Of a stretch of 64,000 nt of DNA, positions 40,166-53,064 are shown one piece after another (position 1 is the stretch's first letter; every line of letters begins with the position of its first letter). The notes beneath the pieces were generated by a model. That model ran no database searches, was not told the DNA's origin, and saw only the letters and a list, made by a program, of their open reading frames with translations. Position numbers and translations under genes: made by a program. This stretch comes from Octopus vulgaris. Its lineage: Eukaryota. Location: NCBI GenBank assembly GCA_951406725.2, contig OX597816.1:61194001-61258000 (forward strand). Direction: 5' to 3'.

Positions 40166-42274
40166 TCAGGAATCACTGCAGAGTTGCTCAAAATATCTGG
40201 CGGTGTTGGCTTTAGCCTAGTCATCCATATAGTTAACCAGGTGATACACAAAGGAGTCATACCCAATGACTGGTGTAGCAGCACCACAGTCAACTGCTAC
40301 AAAGGTAAAGGTGTCGCTTTAGATACAAATAATTATAGAGTTATCAAGTTCTTGGATCAGGTAACGAAGGTCACAGAGAGGGTCATAGCCCAACTAATTA
40401 GGGAGAGAGTCAGTTTAGATGAGATGCAGTTTGGGTTCGTGCCAGGGAAAAGCACCAATGATGCTATATTTCTGGTAAAACAGCTGCAGGAGAAATACCT
40501 AGCCAAAGATAAACCTCTGTACCTGGCTTTCGTTGACATGGAGAAAGCCTTTGACAGGGTTCCCCAATCCCTTATCTGGTGGTCAATGAGGAAACTAGCG
40601 GTAGATGAATGGTTAGTGAGAGCTGTGCAAGCCATGTACAGAGACGCTGTCAGTAAGGTGAGGGTTGGTAATGAGTACAGTGAAGAATTCTGGATAAAAG
40701 TGAGGGTCCACCTAGGATCAGTCCTCAGCCCCCTTTTGTTCATCATAGTCCCCTAGGCAGTAACAGAGGAATTCAAGACAGGATGCCCTTGGGAGCTTCT
40801 CTTTGCTGATGACTTTGCTCTAATAGCTGAGTCACCATTAGAACTAGAGGAAAAGTTTCAGGTGTGGAAGCAAGGTCTAGAATCGAAGGGCCTTAGAGTC
40901 AACATAGCTAAACTAAAGTCCTAATAAGTAGGAACGCAGACAAACTACAAATCCCTTCAGGTAGATGGCCCTGCTGGATCTGTAGAAAAGGCGTAGGTAG
41001 AAACTCCATAAGATGCACCCAGTGCAAGCTATGCATACATAAAAGGTGCAGCAATATCAAAGGAAGGCTCACTAGGAAGATAGTTTTTGTATGTGCAGAT
41101 GCTTAGGAGCAATAAACACTGAAAATGTGCAGAGAAAAACTAGAACTAGTTGATAGCTTCCGTTACATAGGTGACCAAATCAGTAGCCGGGGAGGGTGCG
41201 CTGAAAGTGTAGCTGCTAGAATAAGAATAGCCTGGACAGAGAGCTCTTACCTCTACTGGTGACAAAGGGCCTCTTGCTCAAAGTAAAAGGTAGACTTTAT
41301 GACGCATGTGTACGAACAGCCATGCTATAAGGCAGTGAAACATGGGCCGTGACTGCTGAGGACATGTGTAAGCTCGCAAGGAATGAAGCCAGTATTCTCT
41401 GCTGGATGTGTAACGTCAGTCTGTATACTCGACAGAGTGTAAGTACCTTGAGAGAAAAGTTGGACCTAAGAAGCATCAGATGTAGTGTGCAAGAGAGATG
41501 ACTGCACTGGTGTGGTCATGTGGCGAGAATGGATGAGGATAGCTGTGTGAATAAGTGCCACACCCTAGCAGTTGGGGGAACCTGTGGAAGAGGTAGACCC
41601 AGGAAGACCTGGGATGAGGTGGTGAAGCACAACCTTCGAACATTAGGCCTCACCGAGGCAATGACTAGTGACCGAGACCTTTGGAAATATGCTGTGCATG
41701 AGAAGACCCGGCAAGCCAAGTGAGACCATAACCCGTGGCCTATGCCAGGTGTGTAACCAGCCCATTTATGCATACCTTTCCTTCATTGGACACTAAACTC
41801 TGCTTGTGAAGACCTGTTGAGGCAAGTGAAATTGAAATCGAAATCAAATTCGATGACTGGCATCCATGCTTGTGGAGCGCTAAGAATACAATCTGAGTGT
41901 GATCGTTGCCAGAGCAACAGACTGGCTTCCGTGCCAGTGACATGTAAAAAGCATCATTTGAGCGTGATCGTTACCAGCGTCTCCTTACTAGCACTTGTGC
42001 CGGTGGCACATGAAAAACATTTGAGCGAGGTTGTTGCCAGTGCCACTGGACTGACTCCTGTGCAGGTGGCACATAAAAAACACCATTTGAATGTGGCCGG
42101 TGACACATAAAAGCACCCACTACACTCTCAGAGTGGTTGGCATTAGGAAGGGCATCCAGCAGTAGAAACTCTGCCAGATCAGATTGGAGCCTGGTGCAGC
42201 CATCTGGTTCGCCAGTCCTCAGACAAATCATCCAACCCATACCAGCATGGAAAGCGGATATTAAATGATGATGA
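40166..42274 (+). mobile_element. 5-prime-truncated RTE-clade LINE with decayed reverse transcriptase, 3-prime UTR and (TGA)n tail
   Basis: QFGFVPGKST, AFVDMEKAFDRV, GSVLSPLLF, LLFADD and GRGRPRKTW motifs; ORF stop at 41723; in-frame stops and frameshifts. Confidence 0.93.
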
Positions 42275-42727
42275 GGAGGATTTAGATATTTAACTGTTTC
42301 AAGTTTTTAGCTTTCCTTGATGCAATTTGTTTTTTGTTTTTTTTGTATTTGATGGCAGTATTATCTTATTTGTTTGCATTTATAGTTTATATGCTTTGTT
42401 TAAAGATTCCAGTGCAGTGAATTCTCTTTATTTTTCAGTATGAATTCTTTATTCACTTTCTGTTTTGTTACTTCATCTCACTCTGAAATTTTCTCCATTT
42501 TGTTATTAAATTATCTTAAGTTAATTATTAGATAAATATTATCTAGTGGTAAGTTGTTGACATTAGGCTATAGAAACCATGCCAAAGCTGACATTGGAAC
42601 TTGGCATAGCCCCGCAGCTCACCGTATTCCCTCAAACCATTCAACTGATGCTAACATGAAAAACAAGCGTTTATTGATGAGTATAAATAATAAAGGCAAA
42701 TAAGAAAAGTATATCAAATTGGTTATA

Positions 42728-43110
42728 AGGCGCAGGAGTGGCTGTGTGGTAAGTAGCTTGCTTACCAACCACACGGTTCTGGGTTCAGTTCCACTGTGTA
42801 GCACCTTGGGCAAGTGTCTTCTATAGCCTCGGGCCAACCAAAGCCTTGTGAGTGGATTTGGTAGACAGAAACTGAAAGAAGCCTGTTGTTTATATATATA
42901 TGTGTGTGTATGTGTTTGTCCCCTGCAACATTGCTTGACTACTGATGCTGGTGTGTTTACATCTCTGTAACTTAGCAGTTTGGTAAAAGAGACCAATAGA
43001 ATAAGTACTATGCTTACAAAGAATAAGCCCTGGGATCGATTTGCCCGATTAAAGGCGGTGCTCCAGCATGGCCACAGTCAAATGACTGAAACAAGTAAAT
43101 GAGTAAAGAG
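42728..43110 (+). mobile_element. tRNA-type SINE, family 2
   Basis: Starts ggcgcaggagtggctgtgtggtaag; full length. Confidence 0.88.
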
Positions 43111-44035
43111 TTAATAATGAATATATGTTAAAAATTAGTGTAGACAAGCTAAACATTGAGAACTGGGCAAAAGACATTAACAAATGTAGTCCAGATGTGT
43201 GGTAGGTAGAATAGAGCTTTGGTTATTAGACATTGTGAGTAGTTTTAATGTGGGCATTGTAAAAAGTACCATGTTATCATTTTGTATGAAAACCATAGAT
43301 GATACATTACATGTTGAGAAATAAGATGCCTACTTTTTGTGGAAGTAAATAGTGTATTTTTGTTGTATTGTCTCATTTGTAGACCCTTCAGCAGGAGTTC
43401 AATGGATACTGTTTTTCAATTTTTTTTTATATTCATGACACCAAATATCCTACATCTCAATATTCTCCTGCTTAGAAAATTGGTTTTCCATTCTTAATGT
43501 TTTTTGAAATCTTTTTTGTTGAAAAAAGATGTACAAAATGTAAACATTCATTTGACTCGTTTAATGTCAGAATAGGTTTTTACAGAAAAAAATGAAGGCT
43601 TAAATATAATGAAGTTGACTTTTATTCGTGCTGGATGGTATAATGCTTACTTTTTCTGTATAGATTTACTAAAACCGTTAAATGGTTAACTACTTTTTGA
43701 AGTCTGACGTTCATGCTGGTAAACACGGTCTGGGCCATATTTTACATTGCTTTCTACTTATCGCAATGGAGCACCATTGATATACATAGTGATATGGATA
43801 TTCCTGACTGAAAAAAAATGTAACGATAATGGATAATCTTGATTGTATGTTTTTATTTATGTCTGTTTATTACTAAGCACAGTTTTAAGTCTGTTGTCGT
43901 ACTGTTTATGCCAATTTCGAACATTGGCTTCATTAACATAAAAATGCCTTCTGGCAGCTCTATTGTCACGTTCAAATGCATATTCAACATATTTAATTTC
44001 TCCTTCACAGTAAACAATTCATAATATACAATAAT

Positions 44036-44665
44036 GGTAATGACAAATTTTTAAAGTTTGCTTAACATTTTATAAGTGTGAAAGGGATTAAAATTTCGAT
44101 ACTCTGTATCAAAGGTTCTGACAAGAATAGGCAAAGAATTCTGTTTACATAATCAGTTTGATTGGTCGCCTTCCTCTTTCGGTTGAGTAAAGTGTCATCC
44201 AAGCTGATGTTTATTGGTAATTAAACTTAATTTTCAATACCTGTGTGTATTTATCAGCTTTGTTTTTGTTAGTATTTCTTATCAACAACTTTTCCTGTGA
44301 TCATGATTTGAGAAGAGGCACAGCAGTATGCTAAAGCTCAGACATAATCTCTTGTGGGCAAGAAATGTAAAATAAAGTTTATGATAAACAACACAAACAC
44401 TTTGTAATTTAATAGCTTTCAATGTGATACGTGTTAAACAGAAATTATTTTTAGTTATTGAAAATTTAATAAAATCTAATCATAAGTAAGTGAAATTATG
44501 CTAAATACAACTAAATTGAAAACCTTTTTTTTTCCTGGCTATATCGGCAATTCTGAAAACTTTTGGGTGCAAATTTTACATGAGTAAAAGATGTTTTTAA
44601 CAAATTCTATCCTGAAAATCACCTGTGTAAATTACACAGGTGTCAAACTACATGGGTTTCTACAG
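44036..44665. mobile_element. Inverted partial copy of the 4528-5887 DNA transposon
   Basis: About 630 bp is the reverse complement of about 4530-5195, with a small internal deletion. Confidence 0.8.
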
Positions 44666-46129
44666 TGAATGAATAAGCAATACATTTAACAGAGTAATCT
44701 GAATGCTAAAGGGTTAAAGTAATAACAAATATTAACTGACATGTTCTGTCACTGTTTTAAACAGATTTTGGGAAACGTTATATCTTTTACAGGTTTAGAC
44801 TCTGTTTATCATTAGATATATATATTTGGCCTATTATTGTTGTTTCATAAATCTGATCATTTATCCTTGTAGCTTGGACTAGTCCTATTTACTTTACATT
44901 GTTTATTTTATTTAAGAGACACGGCATCAGTTTGTACTAATATAATGAAGACTAGGGTATATGCAGAAATGAATGTAGATAAATTTTGTGAGATATGCAA
45001 CTGTATCAGAATCAAATTATGCTCAATCATTTCTGTGAAGAAACTCTTAGATATTACAAAATAGCATCTAAGAGATAGATATCATCTAAAAGATGCTAAC
45101 ACCCACACTCACTCACTCACTCTCTGTCCATAAATGAGATAAAAGTGGGTTGCTTTTTGTTAAACAAATAAGAAAAGGCAACAAAAATATTAAAGAAACT
45201 TAAGGGGATAATGATTGTATGCATATATACATATATAAACGTGATGGAAGCTGTTTATTATAATCATGGATAATGTTATCAGATGATTATTATCACCAAA
45301 ATTAGTAGATCCCAAATTCTTCATTAAATGAAGTAAAAGTCATCTGGATCTTATACATACAGGTTTAGGTCTTATCAAAATTTTCAAGTAAACCGCTATA
45401 ACCATTACAACTAATATATGAATTTTTACATAAGTCACAAGCAAATATCAAAACAAAAGCACATTAGCTTTGGAGACTTGATATTGATAAATAAATGATG
45501 ATGGTAGCAATTAGCAGTTGTGATAGTGGGGGTAGAATCATGTTTGTGCTAGGAATGGAGGTACTGTTGGGTTAAATTGCTTGTTGTGGCCAGCATTGTT
45601 TGTGTCTCAGCATTTTCACCTCCTTCAGTACTAAGTTGAGTACTTACACCAAGTACTGGCAAAGTTGAGTGCTTTGTGAGTACTTGGTGACCTTACACGT
45701 ACTTAGTATCATAAAAAAAAGAAAGCACCCAGTACACTCTAGAGTGGTTAGCATTAGGAAGTACATCAAGCTGTAAAAACCTTGCTCAGGCAGATATTGG
45801 GGCTTGTCACTATTCTCTGGTTTAATGGTTCCTGTCAAACCATCCAACCCATGCCAGCATGGAAAACAACCATTAAATGATGATAATGAGATGATAGATA
45901 CATACATTCATGCATACATACACACAGACAGACACAAACACTCATGAATGTTAAATGGTTGCTTTATCAGAATTAATGTGCTCTAAACTCTGAGATTTTG
46001 ATGACTTTATTTATTTTTAGAATGACTGTAGGGTCGGTATGAGAGGCTAGATCTGGCAAGTTTGAATATCAAACAGGTAGAATATTTGGGCTAGATATGA
46101 CTGGTTTAAATGCCATTGAGTTTTTGACA

Positions 46130-47234
46130 TAGGTTTTGTTGTGATCATTGTTAACAGCAGCACAGAGTGGCCAGAAGTATGCAGGTGCAATAAATCCACT
46201 GCAAAGATGACAATAAAGTTCCTGTATGAATTATTTTCCCAATACAGTGGTCCAGACACATTGGTATCAGATAATGGAACACAATTTACAGGTAGCAAAT
46301 TCAAAAATTTCTGCAAAATATATGCAATAAAGCATATTTTTATCCCAACCTACCAACGAAGCAGGTAGAAAAATTTGTTAATACTTTCAAATGAGTATCA
46401 GAAAAAGCAAGGGATGATGTAGGTAATGATAAAACGCTAATGAATTATTGAGGGTATATAGAGTAATACCCAAATGAATACCAGTTCAGGAATGTCTCCA
46501 GCTGAGTTATTGTTTGTGCGGAAAATAAAATCTATCTCCGATAAATTATTGCCAAGCAATATGTTTTCAAAGGAAATACAGAAAAGGCAACAAAAATAGT
46601 AAAGAAGGCTGGGAGGATGATTTTGTAACTAAAAGATTAGGAAACATGGTGTATGTAATTAAAGAACAATGTTGGGAACATAAGAGACACCTAAACCAAT
46701 TAAAGACTTGACATACTGAAAAATGAAAGGAAATACCAATGGAAGTTTGCTATGACATGTTTGAGATGCCAGCACCGATAGAGATTGAGCCTTGTAGAAG
46801 CAGCAGTAGAAAATGGAAACAGACAGTACACTTAGAAATAATGCCAAAATGAAAAAGATATTAAATTTTTTAAGAAAAACAAAAACAGAGAGAGGGAGAG
46901 TTGTTGGAAAAAGAAAAAAGAAAATAAATTTGACTTCTTATGGAAGTTGAAATCTCAAAAGGAGAAATGTTGTGATGAGAGTCTCACCATCCCCTTGCAA
47001 GAAATAGGCTGGACCGAGCAATTATAAATAATAGCGGTCAAAGTGAAGTTTGTGTGTTAATTCGAGTTGAGTTTGCAGTGAATTCGAAAGGTATCAGTTG
47101 GTTAGTTTGTATGGAATATTGATTGTTGGCTTGTGAAGAGATTGTTGGATTGTTACATTGTTATTATGGCTGCATCGTTATCTTGTTTACTATTACTACA
47201 CTGGTACAGTGTATCTAAATCATCTGTCACAATA
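46130..47234 (+). mobile_element. Gypsy/Ty3-like LTR retrotransposon remnant: integrase core, PPT and 3-prime LTR (about 46968-47234)
   Basis: EWPEV...PDTLVSDNGTQFTGSKFKNFC and MSPAELLF. Polypurine aaaaggagaaa is followed by TGTTGTGAT...GTCACAATA, with an internal TATAAATA at 47023. Confidence 0.8.
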
Positions 47235-47566
47235 TCATGGTGGTTCCATGACATATTGGAGATGGCAGATACAACAGGTTTAGTGGATGAGGTAAAATAG
47301 GTCTATAAAGTTAATTTACGCAGTATTGGTACACAGCTAGCTAGTTCAGAGTATCTGAAATTATTGTATTTGTAATGGAAGAGACACAGGCGGGCTAGAG
47401 TATATTAATGGCCTTCTGTTGATCTTAATAAATTATCCTGTCATTAATGTTTTTCTTTCTTTCTTTCTTTTTTTTCAGATTTAATTAAAAATGTGATATG
47501 TAATGTTTTCAAAAACATTTTACTGAGGTGGAAAATAAAATATTGTTTTTGTAATTTCATTAAAAG

Positions 47567-47685
47567 GTAGCGGAAATAATGAAAGACTACACACCAGAAT
47601 TACTGGAAAATGGTGGTAAAATGGTATTGCTCTTCAGCCTTATTGAAGAATCTTTGAAAGTTAGTGATAAGATGTTGGTTTTCAG
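47567..47685 (+). CDS. RAD54L2: RAD54L2 exon 11 (start of helicase C lobe, motif IV)
   Basis: VAEIMKDYTPELLENGGKMVLLFSLIEESLKVSDKMLVFS; weak taaaag acceptor and AG|gtaagt donor. Confidence 0.9.
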
Positions 47686-48016
47686 GTAAGTGAAATTATA
47701 AGGAAAATTTTAACATATGGTGTATATTTTTATCACATTTTAATATCTATATTAAGCATTTCAGCTGCTAGCCTTAACTTGTAATTCCCATTTTTTTTAC
47801 CTAACTTGTTTCTTTTCTTAATTTGTACTCTAATTATCATCTAATATCAGCTTGGACCTTTTTTCTATCACCTGCTGTTACTTAATTTGAATATTGACTC
47901 TCACACATGCGACTGATGCCACATGCAACAATCACAGTAGAAGAGGATCCTTTCTATTAAAAGCAAGCTAAATATTTCAAACCCTTTTAAGTTTAATCAG
48001 TGTAATAATAATAATA

Positions 48017-48497
48017 TTTTGTTTTGGTATAAAAGATGGGATACTGCAAATATTCTTGCTCAGTACCACAAATTTGCTTGTCAGTTGTTTAACTGTAACC
48101 AGTTGAGCATGTCCCTTAGTGGCTGATAATATGTGCGTCTCTGTTCATGAGCAGAAGTAGTGGGTGGGGTATCAAAGCCATGTGTGGAGAGGAATTCTTT
48201 GGGGTTTGGGTAATTCACTTCTGGTAACATGGGTGTCTCGTTCAACATCCTTAAACAACTCTAATTTAGGGACCTTTTGAATGGGATGAGCTACTCAACC
48301 TGAAGAAAATTCTGACTGGGCCCCACATGAAAGGTTGTGCACTGTTCATCTTGATATGAGATAACCATGCTGTTCACATATGGTTGTGATGCATGTGCCT
48401 AGTGTATCCTTATCAGACAGGTAGTCATGATGGGTATACTGGGCTTTCTATATTTACTCCAGTGTCACTTTGATGGCATGCACTGCTCTCTCACGCA

Positions 48498-48536
<39 letters not shown>

Positions 48537-48810
48537 GTCTTATGTAGTACCAGGCACTGGCTCTCATAGCTTCTGATCTTAACTGATTGTAAGTGTTATC
48601 ATGTACATGTTTTGTCTTGGTATAAAAGGTGGCCTACAGCAAATATTCTGCTCAATACCACAGATCTGCTTGACTGTAACCAGTTGAGCATGTCTCTTAG
48701 TGGCTGACGATATGTGCATCTCTGATCACGAGCAGAAGTAGTGGAGGGAGCATCATTGCCATGTGTTGAAAGGAATTCTTTGGGGTTAGGGATTCTCTGG
48801 AAGCATGGAT
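48017..48810 (+). repeat. Two tandem partial copies of a non-LTR-like 3-prime end with a (TAA)n tail
   Basis: 48017-48230 is similar to 48610-48810; (TAA)n at 48500-48534. Confidence 0.6.
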
Positions 48811-50475
48811 ATTTCGCTCATCTTTAAGAGGACACACTTTATTGCCTTAGTGTTGTCTGTATATCCCAGCTCATGTAGGATGCTTTTAAGTATACTGAAC
48901 AACAGAATCAATATGAAGAACTGATATATAACAAAGTATCTCCTTTACAGCAGCACACTTGTTTATGTTCTATTTCTTGTTAACTCTGTCTTCTCTCTCT
49001 CTCTCACATACTCACACTAACTCACTGAGTAATCATGTACCTCCTCTGTAGCAACCCATCTATTTCTGACTGTGTCTCTCTGTCACACTCAGACCTTTCA
49101 TCATTTGACACAAGATCAATTCCTCCTCTGCCCCATCCTCTCCCAAAGACTCCTTGTCTTGTAAGTTACTTGGTAACTTTTCTAGTGCTGGTGCCACGTA
49201 AAAAGCATCCAGTCAACACAGTAAAGTGGTGGGTGTTTGGAAGGACATCCAACTGTAAAAACCATGCAAAAACTGATCTCGTCTGTGCTGGTGCCATGTA
49301 AAAAGCACTCAGTCCACTCTGCAGGGTGGTTGGTGCTAAGAAGGGCATCCAGCCGTAAAAACCATGCCAAAACAGACACAGAAGTGTCTGGTGCAGTCTT
49401 CTGCCTGGCCAGCCCCTGTCAAATTGGCCAACCCATGGAAGGCAGCTGTTAAAAGATGATGATGTTGATATGTAAATGTTTATAAGCATAAACAGTTTGG
49501 TAGTGTACAAAATAGTGTATAAGTAATAATAATGCAGTTAATCAGAAGAAATAAGGGAATTTTTTTCTTAATTAATTTATGCACAGAAAGTTTTAAGTTT
49601 TCCAAGGAAATGAAATAAAATAAAATAAGTTAAGAAGTAAAATGTTTATGTTGTTATATTTCCGTTTTACAGTAAAAGCACAACATTCTCAAGCTCGATA
49701 TGCTTCAGAATGCTATAATGAAAATGTTCTACTTCATTATATATCTATTTAACCATTTAAACCGGGCCATATCCAGCCCAAATATTCAAATTGGCCAGAT
49801 GTGGCCACTTACACCTACCCCACAGTGTGATTCTAAAATTTAACAGTTACATCATCATCATTGTTTAACGTCCGTTTTCCATGCTAGCATGGGTTGGACG
49901 GTTTGACTGGGGTCTGGGAAGCCAGGAGGCTGCGCCAGGCTCCAGTCTGCTCTGGCAGTGTTTCTACAGCTGGATGCCCTTCCTAATGCTTTTTACGTGT
50001 CACCGACACGGCCGCCAGTCAGACGGCATCAGCCACATTCGGAAGGTGTTTTTATGTGCCACTGGCATGGGTATCTTAACTACAATTTCCGTTTGATTTT
50101 TATTTTGATGTTGGTGTTGACGTACTTGACTCAAAAATCTCAAAGTTACAAGATTATGCATGATTAATTAAAGACGTGAATAAATAAGCATTACTTTTGA
50201 CAGAATAATCTGAATGCTAAAGGGTTAATTCCGTTTGATTTCATTTCCTTGGAAACTTTGGGCACTTTCTGTACCCATATAAAAAATAAACTGTGAAACA
50301 ATTGCAAAAGGATAAAAATGAGAACATTATTTCAATTTTTAATACAGTTAAAAATGATGTTATGTTGAAAGTTAAAAAAAAGCAAATATATAACAGCGAT
50401 TCAGTTTGAGTTAGTAATTTGTTCTGTTCAAATAAACCTCTAATATATGTGTCTGTGTAGCACTAATAATTATAA

Positions 50476-50795
50476 CTAGCACTAAACAGCTGCGTGCGTG
50501 CGCACATACACGCGAGTACTGTCCAAATCTCCGACCAATCACATGCAGCTAGCTGGCACTCAATTGGCGTATCTGGTTTCGGGCATTTTGATTGGGTTTT
50601 GGATAGAAAATTCACAAAAAGGTCAATTCTATTGATTTTTTAATGGCTTTGCATGGTGACTGGGGAAATGTAAAGATGTGCACAACCACCCTTGGGTGGT
50701 TTTGAATGACTATAGAAGGTGCGAGCCCTCTAACTGAAAAATTGTGGATTTGTATAAAGGACACACACACAGACATTTTGCCGTTTATATATATA
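50476..50795 (-). mobile_element. Putative non-autonomous Helitron (left member of the stack)
   Basis: Minus-strand end gtgctag|t after a GC-rich segment; TA-rich 5-prime end tatatataaacggcaaaatgtctg, with no clear TC start visible. Confidence 0.55.
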
Positions 50796-51433
50796 CTAGC
50801 AGTATCGCCCGGCGTTGCTCGGGTTTGTAAGGGAAATAACTATATAAGCATTTTTAGAGAGTTATAGCCAAAAAATAGCAAAAAATGCATTAAAAATGGA
50901 AAAAATATGATGGTAAATTTTTTTTTAAATCGTTGACTCATCGTAGACATTTTTAGAGAGTTACTTCCCTTATATAATAGCGAAAAAATGCATTAAAATG
51001 GAAAAAAAAACGATGGTAAATTTTTTTTTAAATCGTAGACTCATGTAGACGCTTTCTTAGCCATTTCTGTTTTGGTGTCTTCAAGCCATGAAGTCGTTGT
51101 TCTAAAAGAACACTGGTCTCCTTGACAACGCATTACGACGTTGATTTCCTTACACTCCCTTCCCCACAGGTGCAGGTGTGAGCGTGGACGCCAACTCCGC
51201 CGCCATCGACACACGAAAAATTATGCATTAAAATGGAATAAAAAATGATGTTAAATTATTTTTAAAATCGTAGACTCATCGTAGACGCGCGCTAATATTC
51301 AGACGGGCTCGATATGAATCACGACTATAAGCTACCCGAATTTGGTTAAACTGTACCGCAAAATGTGGGAGTAGTTAGGAATCTAAATCGAAGGGGACAG
51401 ACACTCACACAACTACAGTTTTATATATATAGA
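50796..51433 (-). mobile_element. Non-autonomous Helitron
   Basis: Minus strand reads A|TCTATATATATAAAA...CCCGAGCAACGCCGGG hairpin...CTAG|T. AT target, no TSD, internal aaaaatgcattaaaatgg repeats. Confidence 0.88.
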
Positions 51434-51544
51434 TATACATAGCGCAGTAGTGGTGAGATATGACAGCAAAGAAAAGCATACATTCACTCTCTGCATGCAA
51501 TTAGACTCGGAAAGTTCGTGAGGAACCCATTGACCCAATTTGCT

Positions 51545-51860
51545 GACTTTTCCGATAGCACACAGGTGTCAATGAATGGTTGAATGACCAAATCCAAGCT
51601 TCTCTGCTAGTTCCTCAACAGTTACGATGATATTTTGTTCCACCAGGGTTTTCAGGATGTCCTTGTCGAGTTCTACAGATCTTTCAGGATGAGGCTCGTC
51701 TTCTAGGCTGTAGTTTATGGCTCGGGATTTCTGGAACCACCATTGACACTGCCTTACGCTTATTGTCCAATCCCCATATACTGCATTAATATTTCTTGTA
51801 CTTTGCACACATTTATATTCTGTTATTCTTTTATATGTTTCAGCCTTGAGGTTGTGGCCA
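51545..51860 (-). mobile_element. Mariner transposase N-terminal fragment
   Basis: RNINAVYG...SVRQCQWWFQK...SLEDEPHPER...TVEELAEKLGFGHSTIH. Confidence 0.8.
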
Positions 51861-51868
51861 TGCTGGAT

Positions 51869-51870
<2 letters not shown>

Positions 51871-51910
<40 letters not shown>

Positions 51911-52146
51911 TATCTGTCTGTCTGTCTGTATGTATATATGTATATGTATGTGTGTGAACAATAATATTTTCAACAGATGTGTTGCAAATGTATCTGATTG
52001 TTCTCAAGCTTCAATACTGTGTATGTGTGTGTGTGTGTATGTATGTATATGTATGTATGTATGTATGTATATGTATGTATGTGTGTATGTATGTGTGTGT
52101 GTGTGTGTGTATGTGTGTATGTATGTATGTATGTATGTATGTATGA
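51871..52146. repeat. Compound microsatellite (TG)n/(TCTG)n/(TATG)n
   Basis: Directly visible. Confidence 0.95.
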
Positions 52147-52694
52147 GTGTATTTTTACTTTATTACTAATTACTCTCTTCCAAGAACATTTTCACTCACT
52201 CTTAGCTCTTAGCTTCCCATACATTTTACTCATGTATCTATCAGCGTCATGGACAGAATACTTTCACTTTAGTCTTCCTCAAATCTCTCTGTCGCTATTT
52301 ACTTTCATTTTATTCATTGCCCACTGTGTGTGTGCGTTTGCGTGTGGTGTAAACCAGACTAAGAAAAGCATTTGACACACACACCAGAATGTGAGTTTTC
52401 TGTAAATTTTGCTTAATTGGAGTTTAAATTTTAAAAACTGGACCTGGCATGACGCGATGCATTGTACTCTCAAAACTGCTAGGTAAATTGTAATTGAAGA
52501 AATCCTATATTGTAGATTTGTATAACTCCCAAAGGGAGGCAGATAAAATCTGCCTTTTATAATAAGAGATATAGAAATTTAGACTTGAGCATATATTTCA
52601 GTACGTTCTTTTTTTTCTTTTCATTTTTTTTTTTTCAGTTAGTTACTTTCTATCTGTTGCATGTATAATTGTTTTTCTCATTTTTGTCTTCTAG

Positions 52695-52798
52695 TCAAAG
52701 CCTCACCACTTTGAATGTTATTGAAGATTTCCTCAACAGACGTCAAGTCCCACGACCAGAAATGAATGAGAACTGGTGTAAAAATAAAAGCTATTTCC
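52695..52798 (+). CDS. RAD54L2: RAD54L2 exon 12
   Basis: QSLTTLNVIEDFL...WCKNKSYF; ttctag acceptor and C|gtaagt donor. Confidence 0.93.
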
Positions 52799-52819
52799 GT
52801 AAGTAGCTTATTTCTTTTA

Positions 52820-53030
52820 TTTCTTCTTCTTTCACTTGTTTCAGTCATTTGACTGCGCTCATGCTGGAACACTGCCTGTAGTTGAACAAATCAACCCTAG
52901 GACTTGTTCTTTGGAAGCATAGTACTTATTCTATCGGTCACTTTTGCCGAACTGGTAAGTTACGGGGACGTAAACATGCCAACATCAGTTGTCAAGCGAT
53001 GTTGGTGGGGGACAAATACATACATACATA

Positions 53031-53064
<34 letters not shown>

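Noticed and set aside
42728-42805. tRNA gene
   Set aside because: It is the tRNA-like head of a multicopy SINE, and no convincing cloverleaf is evident.
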